NCBI GenBank assembly: GCA_035563915.1
Contig: DATMUG010000007.1
Span: forward strand, 1-46,823
DNA: 46,823 nt
Direction of reading: 5' to 3'
Origin: Pseudomonas sp.
GTDB taxonomy: Bacteria > Pseudomonadota > Gammaproteobacteria > Pseudomonadales > Pseudomonadaceae
Positions 41,667 through 46,823 of this stretch are shown here, piece after piece (position 1 is the stretch's first letter; each line of letters begins with the position of its first letter). The position numbers and the translations under genes were made by a program. The notes beneath the pieces were generated by a model. The model saw only the letters and a program-made list of their open reading frames with translations. It was not told the origin of the DNA and ran no database searches.

Positions 41667-42664
41667 GTGACCCGAAAGAACCCGACACCTGCGCTCATGC
41701 CGCGCAACAACGGCAACGCGCCAGCCAGCTGGCCCAGGCAATTCGCACCGAACTGCAAAAGGCGGTGATCGGCCAGGACAGTGTCATCGACGATGTCCTC
41801 AGTGCGTTGATTGCCGGAGGCCACGTGTTGCTCGAAGGCGTGCCGGGGCTGGGCAAGACCTTGCTGGTGCGGGCGCTGGCACGCTGTTTCGGTGGCGAAT
41901 TCGCACGCATCCAGTTCACCCCGGACCTGATGCCCAGCGATGTCACCGGGCATGCGGTGTACGACCTGCAGACCGAGCAATTCAAGCTGCGCAAGGGGCC
42001 GTTGTTCACCAACCTGTTGCTGGCCGACGAGATCAACCGGGCCCCGGCCAAGACCCAGGCCGCGCTGCTTGAAGCCATGCAGGAGCGACAGGTCACCCTC
42101 GAAGGCCGCGCGCTGCCCATCGCGCAACCGTTCATGGTACTGGCCACGCAAAACCCCATCGAACAGGAAGGCACCTACCCGTTGCCGGAGGCCGAGCTGG
42201 ATCGCTTCATGCTCAAGGTGCGCATGGACTATCCCGATGCCGGGCAGGAGTTGGACATGGTGCGTCAGGTCAGCCGCTCGACCCGCGCCGACATGCTCGA
42301 CGTGCAGCCACTGCGCACGATCCTGCAGGCCAGGGATGTACTGGCCTTGCAGCGCATCGCCAGTGACCTGCCGCTGGACGATCAGGTGCTCGATTATGCG
42401 GTGCGCCTGGCGCGAACCACGCGCAGCTGGCCGGGCCTGACCCTCGGTGCCGGGCCGCGGGCCTCGATTGCGCTGGTGCGTTGCGCCAGATCACGGGCCT
42501 TGTTGCGCGGTGGCGAGTTCGTGACGCCGGATGACATTAAAAACTGCGCGCTGGCGGTCCTGCGCCATCGCGTGCGCATTGCGCCAGAACTGGATATCGA
42601 AGGGTTGGACGTGGATCACGTGCTGCGCCAGTTGCTCGATCAAGTCGCGGCGCCGCGCCTGTGA
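41663..42664 (+). CDS. MoxR family AAA+ ATPase (start at 41663)
   Basis: GHVLLEGVPGLGKT, RIQFTPDLMPSD, LLADEINRAPAKTQAALLEAMQE, ATQNPIEQEGTYPLPEAELDRF. Confidence 0.95.
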   Translation: MSDPKEPDTCAHAAQQRQRASQLAQAIRTELQKAVIGQDSVIDDVLSALIAGGHVLLEGVPGLGKTLLVRALARCFGGEFARIQFTPDLMPSDVTGHAVYDLQTEQFKLRKGPLFTNLLLADEINRAPAKTQAALLEAMQERQVTLEGRALPIAQPFMVLATQNPIEQEGTYPLPEAELDRFMLKVRMDYPDAGQELDMVRQVSRSTRADMLDVQPLRTILQARDVLALQRIASDLPLDDQVLDYAVRLARTTRSWPGLTLGAGPRASIALVRCARSRALLRGGEFVTPDDIKNCALAVLRHRVRIAPELDIEGLDVDHVLRQLLDQVAAPRL

Positions 42665-43992
42665 AACCCACTCGCCTGCTGTTGCTCTGGCTCACTCTGT
42701 TGCTGGCCATCGGCATTGTGCTGGGCACCTTGCAGGCGTTGGCATCAGGGTTGCCCGCGTACCTGTCGCGGATCAACTGGGCGCTGCTGTTGGCACTGCT
42801 GGTTCTGGCGCTGCTCGACGCGGTGCGCCTCAAACGCCTGCCCTCGCCGCGTCTGTTGCGACGCATGCCGGGTAGTCTGGCGCTGGGGCGCTGGAGTGAG
42901 GTCCGCCTTGAACTCGAACATGATTTTGCGCAGCCGCTGGACCTGCAACTCTTCGACCACGTACCGGACGGCCTGGACTTCGAGCATCTGCCCATGTCCG
43001 TACAACTGCAGCCGGGCCAGCGCAGCCTGATCGACTATCGCCTGCGCCCGCTCAAGCGCGGTCACTTCAGTTTCGAACACTGTGAAATCAACCTGCCAGG
43101 TCCCCTGGGCCTGTGGTCCGACAAGCGCTTGCTCAAGGTGTCTGACCACACACGGGTCTATCCCGACTTCGCCCATCTCTACGGTGGTCAGCTACTGGCT
43201 GTGGATAACTGGCTCAGCCAGCTCGGTGTCCGCCAGCATCAACGCCGCGGCCAGGGGCTGGAGTTTCATCAACTGCGCGAGTTTCGCGAGGGCGACAGCC
43301 TGCGGCAAATCGACTGGAAGGCCACCGCTCGTCAGAGGACGCCGATTGCCCGGGAGTACCAGGACGAGCGCGACCAGCAGATTGTGTTCATGCTCGACTG
43401 CGGGCGCCGCATGCGCAGTCAAGACGGTGAGCTGGCGCATTTCGATCACGCGCTCAATGCCTGCCTGCTGCTCAGCTATGTCGCGTTGCGCCAGGGTGAT
43501 GCGGTGGGCCTGTGCACATTCGCCAGCGAACAACCGCGCTACCTCGCCCCGGTCAAAGGCAGCGGGCAACTCAATGTCCTGCTCAACACCGTCTACGACC
43601 TGAACAGCAGCCAGCGCAGTGCCGACTATCAAGCGGCCATCACCGAACTGCTCGTCCGCCAGAAACGCCGGGCGCTGGTGGTGCTGATGACCAATCTGCG
43701 GGATGAAGACGATGAAGAACTGCTCACCGCCGTCAAACGCCTGAGCCAAAAGCACCGGGTGCTGGTCGCCAGCCTGCGTGAAGAGGTGCTCGACAACCTG
43801 CGACAAACGCCCGTGCAGACCTTGCCCGAAGCGCTGGCCTATTGCGGCACGGTGGATTACCTCAATGCCCGGGCTGAACTGCATGAGCGGCTAAGCGCCC
43901 ATGGTGTTCCGGTGCTGGAGGCGCGACCTGGGGGATTGGGTGCGCAGCTGGTGACGCAGTATTTGAGCTGGAAGCGCAGTGGGAGTGTTTGA
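42661..43992 (+). CDS. DUF58 protein with VWA-like domain and N-terminal TMs
   Basis: GLEFHQLREFREGDSLRQIDWKATAR, VFMLDCGRRM, GDAVGL, LVVLMTN. Confidence 0.9.
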   Translation: MKPTRLLLLWLTLLLAIGIVLGTLQALASGLPAYLSRINWALLLALLVLALLDAVRLKRLPSPRLLRRMPGSLALGRWSEVRLELEHDFAQPLDLQLFDHVPDGLDFEHLPMSVQLQPGQRSLIDYRLRPLKRGHFSFEHCEINLPGPLGLWSDKRLLKVSDHTRVYPDFAHLYGGQLLAVDNWLSQLGVRQHQRRGQGLEFHQLREFREGDSLRQIDWKATARQRTPIAREYQDERDQQIVFMLDCGRRMRSQDGELAHFDHALNACLLLSYVALRQGDAVGLCTFASEQPRYLAPVKGSGQLNVLLNTVYDLNSSQRSADYQAAITELLVRQKRRALVVLMTNLRDEDDEELLTAVKRLSQKHRVLVASLREEVLDNLRQTPVQTLPEALAYCGTVDYLNARAELHERLSAHGVPVLEARPGGLGAQLVTQYLSWKRSGSV

Positions 43993-43995
43993 AGC

Positions 43996-44050
43996 AAAGA
44001 TCGCAGCCTTCGGCAGCGCCTACAGGGGCAGTGCCGAAGGCTGCGATTTT
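43996..44050. repeat. REP doublet (GTAG family; second copy truncated)
   Basis: AAAGATCGCAGCCTTCGGCAGCGCCTACA then TGCCGAAGGCTGCGATTTT. Confidence 0.82.
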
Positions 44051-44058
44051 TTGATTTA

Positions 44059-44418
44059 TCAGGCCGAAGCCGACAACGTCTGGAAACTGAAGTACTGCTT
44101 CAACGCCTCCACCAATTGCCCATATTCCGGCGGGGCCCGCTGCAGGCTGAACCCGGCGTCGTAATACTGGGGGGTTTGATCTTCGTGGCACCACAGGCAG
44201 CACGCCCGCAGATCGATGATCTGCTGGCAGCCCTCACCGACAGGGATTTTCAGGCGCAACCCGAAGTCCGCGCCAATCATCATGGGCAACTGGCTGATGA
44301 GCATCAGCCCGTGTTCGGAGACATTGCCCAGGTAGCCGATGGGTTTGTCAGTGATACTGTTGAACACTTTCAGAAAATACGGCAGTTGATGCCGCTCAAT
44401 CCGGCGGTCAGTGAACAT
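44059..44418 (-). CDS. Stand-alone PilZ domain protein
   Basis: DRRIERH (RxxxR) and NVSEHG (D/NxSxxG) c-di-GMP motifs. Confidence 0.85.
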   Translation of the reverse strand: MFTDRRIERHQLPYFLKVFNSITDKPIGYLGNVSEHGLMLISQLPMMIGADFGLRLKIPVGEGCQQIIDLRACCLWCHEDQTPQYYDAGFSLQRAPPEYGQLVEALKQYFSFQTLSASA

Positions 44419-44663
44419 GCTGAATTCGCTACGCTAGACCCTTAAGCAGGGCCGCACTAATGCTTCGGAACAGGCCTGCCGGCTGATGCACTGAGGCAGA
44501 TGCGGCCCGCTCTCCCCGATCCTGGCGCAACAGTCCGTCAATCGCTGTTGCTTACTCCTACCGATCACAGGTGTTGCTGCGGTTTAGAAAGCAAACTCTA
44601 AACCGATCTATTCGACTATAGCTCACCGCCGCCGGTCGGCCAGCCATTGGATGACGACCAGCA

Positions 44664-45041
44664 TCAGAACTGCGTGGGACGGACCGCCGCGGAACTGCGC
44701 ATCGGGTAATGCCCCAGGCTCGCCAGGGTTTCCAGGCGGGCACGGGCGCGATAGGCGTATTCACTTTGTGGATAAGTGGCGATGATGAACTGGTAGGTCT
44801 GGGCGGCATCGATGAACATTTTCTGCCGTTCCAGGCATTGGCCGCGCATCATCGACACTTCCGGCCAGACATACGGTCGGGCCCGGCTGTCGCGCTCGAC
44901 CTTGGACAACTCGAGCATCACCTGCTCGCAATTGCCACGGTCATAGGCGCTGTAGGCATTGTTCAAATGATGGTTCATGGCAAACCGGACGCAGCCCGTG
45001 AGATTGAATAGGGCAAGGGCGGCAATGAGTATGAATCGCAT
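44664..45041 (-). CDS. TPR-like lipoprotein
   Basis: MRFILIAALALFNLTGC lipobox; helical repeat ending YPQSEYAYRA; AGGAGA RBS 6 nt before ATG at 45041. Confidence 0.75.
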   Translation of the reverse strand: MRFILIAALALFNLTGCVRFAMNHHLNNAYSAYDRGNCEQVMLELSKVERDSRARPYVWPEVSMMRGQCLERQKMFIDAAQTYQFIIATYPQSEYAYRARARLETLASLGHYPMRSSAAVRPTQF

Positions 45042-45148
45042 GGGCAATCTCCTGTCTTGAACGCTGTATCGACCCGTGGAGGGAAATCTTCAGCCTGCCC
45101 GACACAAAGTTGCGCCCCTCAATTGCAGTGTTCAATAAAGAAAGCAAA

Positions 45149-45195
45149 AAGTAGTGCATACGAACAATGACTACACCCACGGAGCATAGTAGCCT
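45149..45195 (+). promoter_or_regulatory. Candidate RccR/HexR1-type operator overlapping the pyk promoter
   Basis: AAGTAGTG-N12-GACTACAC (45149-45176); promoter candidate ATGACT-N17-TAGCCT (45167-45195). Confidence 0.55.
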
Positions 45196-45225
45196 CACTC
45201 AGCGCTTGAACTCAGGAGTCTTTGC

Positions 45226-46677
45226 ATGTCCGTCCGTCGTACCAAAATCGTCGCCACCCTTGGCCCGGCCAGTAACTCGCCGGAAGTTCTCGAACAGCTG
45301 ATTCTGGCTGGCCTGGACGTCGCCCGCCTGAACTTCTCCCACGGCACCCCCGACGAGCACAAGGCTCGCGCGAAGCTGGTGCGTGACCTGGCCGCCAAGC
45401 ACGGCCGCTTCGTCGCCCTGCTGGGTGACCTTCAAGGCCCGAAAATCCGTATCGCCAAATTCGCCAACAAGCGCATCGAGCTGAAGATCGGTGACAAATT
45501 CACCTTCTCCACCAGCCATCCGCTGACCGAAGGCAACCAGCAGGTGGTCGGCATCGACTACCCGGATCTGGTCAAGGATTGCGGCGTGGGCGACGAGCTG
45601 CTGCTCGACGACGGCCGCGTGGTGATGCGCGTTGAAACCGCCACTGCCACCGAACTGCATTGCGTGGTGACCATCGGCGGCCCGCTGTCCGACCACAAAG
45701 GCATCAACCGTCGCGGTGGCGGCCTGACCGCTCCGGCCCTGACTGAAAAAGACAAGGCCGACATCAAGCTCGCCGCCGAGATGGACCTGGATTATCTGGC
45801 CGTGTCCTTCCCTCGTGATGCCGCCGACATGCAGTACGCCCGTCAACTGCGCGACGAGGCCGGCGGTACCGCCTGGCTGGTGGCGAAGATCGAACGCGCC
45901 GAAGCCGTGGCCGACGACGAGACCCTTGATGACCTGATCCAGGCTTCCGACGCAGTGATGGTGGCCCGTGGCGACCTCGGCGTGGAAATCGGCGATGCCG
46001 AGCTGGTGGGTATTCAGAAGAAGATCATCCTGCACGCACGTCGCCACAACAAGGCGGTGATCGTGGCGACCCAGATGATGGAGTCGATGATCCAGAACCC
46101 GATGCCGACCCGTGCCGAAGTGTCCGACGTGGCCAACGCCGTACTCGACTACACCGACGCGGTGATGCTCTCCGCCGAGTCCGCTGCCGGCGCCTACCCG
46201 CTCGAAGCGGTGCAGGCCATGGCCCGCATCTGCATCGGCGCTGAAAAGCACCCGACCAGCAAGACCTCCAGCCACCGCATCGGCAAGACCTTCGAGCGCT
46301 GCGACGAGAGCATCGCTTTGGCCACCATGTACACGGCCAACCACTTTCCGGGCGTGAAGGCGATCATCGCGTTGACCGAAAGCGGCTATACCCCGCTGAT
46401 CATGTCGCGCATCCGTTCCTCTGTGCCGATCTACGCGTTCACCCCGCACCGCGAAGCCCAGGCTCGTGCGGCAATGTTCCGTGGCGTGTACACCATCCCG
46501 TTCGATCCGGCCTCGCTGGCACCGAACGAAGTCAGCCAGAAGGCCATCGACGAGCTGGTCAAGCGCGGCGTGGTGGAGAAAGGCGACTGGGTCATCCTGA
46601 CCAAGGGCGACAGCTACCACACCACCGGTGGCACCAACGGCATGAAAATCCTGCACGTTGGCGATCCTCAGGTCTGA
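45226..46677 (+). CDS. pyk: Pyruvate kinase (PykA type)
   Basis: RRTKIVATLGPA, ARLNFSHG, DLQGPKIR, AKIE, MVARGDLGVE, ATQMMESM, PTRAEVSDV; AGGAG RBS. Confidence 0.98.
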   Translation: MSVRRTKIVATLGPASNSPEVLEQLILAGLDVARLNFSHGTPDEHKARAKLVRDLAAKHGRFVALLGDLQGPKIRIAKFANKRIELKIGDKFTFSTSHPLTEGNQQVVGIDYPDLVKDCGVGDELLLDDGRVVMRVETATATELHCVVTIGGPLSDHKGINRRGGGLTAPALTEKDKADIKLAAEMDLDYLAVSFPRDAADMQYARQLRDEAGGTAWLVAKIERAEAVADDETLDDLIQASDAVMVARGDLGVEIGDAELVGIQKKIILHARRHNKAVIVATQMMESMIQNPMPTRAEVSDVANAVLDYTDAVMLSAESAAGAYPLEAVQAMARICIGAEKHPTSKTSSHRIGKTFERCDESIALATMYTANHFPGVKAIIALTESGYTPLIMSRIRSSVPIYAFTPHREAQARAAMFRGVYTIPFDPASLAPNEVSQKAIDELVKRGVVEKGDWVILTKGDSYHTTGGTNGMKILHVGDPQV

Positions 46678-46697
46678 GTGACCGGTTGCTGAAAGAC

Positions 46698-46735
46698 AAA
46701 AGCCCTGCCATGTGAATGGCGGGGCTTTTTGTTTT
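46698..46735 (+). terminator. Intrinsic terminator of pyk
   Basis: AAAAGCCCTGCCAT-GTGA-ATGGCGGGGCTTTTTGTTTT. Confidence 0.88.
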
Positions 46736-46769
46736 CTGATCCAAAAGATGTGTTGTCTGGTCTGGCCTC

Positions 46770-46823
46770 TTCGCGAGCAAGCCCGCTCCCACAGGGATCT
46801 CCATAGTTCACAAATCCCCTGTG
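46770..46823. repeat. REP doublet (GTGG family); partner copy cut by the window end
   Basis: TTCGCGAGCAAGCCCGCTCCCACAGGGA; the window ends in TCCCCTGTG, the start of the inverted partner. Confidence 0.8.

Noticed and set aside
41663-42664. AAA+ ATPase as a McrB-like or other defence NTPase
   Set aside because: The motifs are canonical MoxR with a DUF58 partner, and no nuclease lies nearby.

Overview
This is a core-genome window of a Pseudomonas chromosome; gene content and REP repeats resemble the fluorescens complex. In order, it holds the tol-pal cluster (pal partial, tolBARQ, ybgC), ruvBAC, yebC, aspS, an FmdB-type zinc ribbon, an RHH protein, dps, a membrane-anchored cold-shock-domain protein, slyX, a HIT protein, oprD, mscS, yajQ and panE. 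Next come an orphan sensor kinase, a PduO-type adenosyltransferase, a MutT-ThiE-like fusion, GST, argJ, secA, dciA, a HerA-like ATPase and a dCache amino-acid chemoreceptor. The last part has a glycosyltransferase/deacetylase/flippase operon, a 56-aa protein missing from the ORF track, purU, mvaT, sbcB, a six-gene RDD-SpoIIM-DUF4129-DUF4350-MoxR-DUF58 membrane operon, a PilZ protein, a lipoprotein and pyk. I see no prophage, IS, CRISPR array, rRNA or tRNA. Eight REP doublets of two families occupy intergenic gaps. The best leads are the MoxR membrane operon, the putative aminoglycolipid (GlcN-PG) operon, the small acidic protein, and candidate RccR, ArgR, FliA and Rsm regulatory sites. Family assignments and P. 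aeruginosa locus comparisons come from motif recognition and memory; no searches were run.
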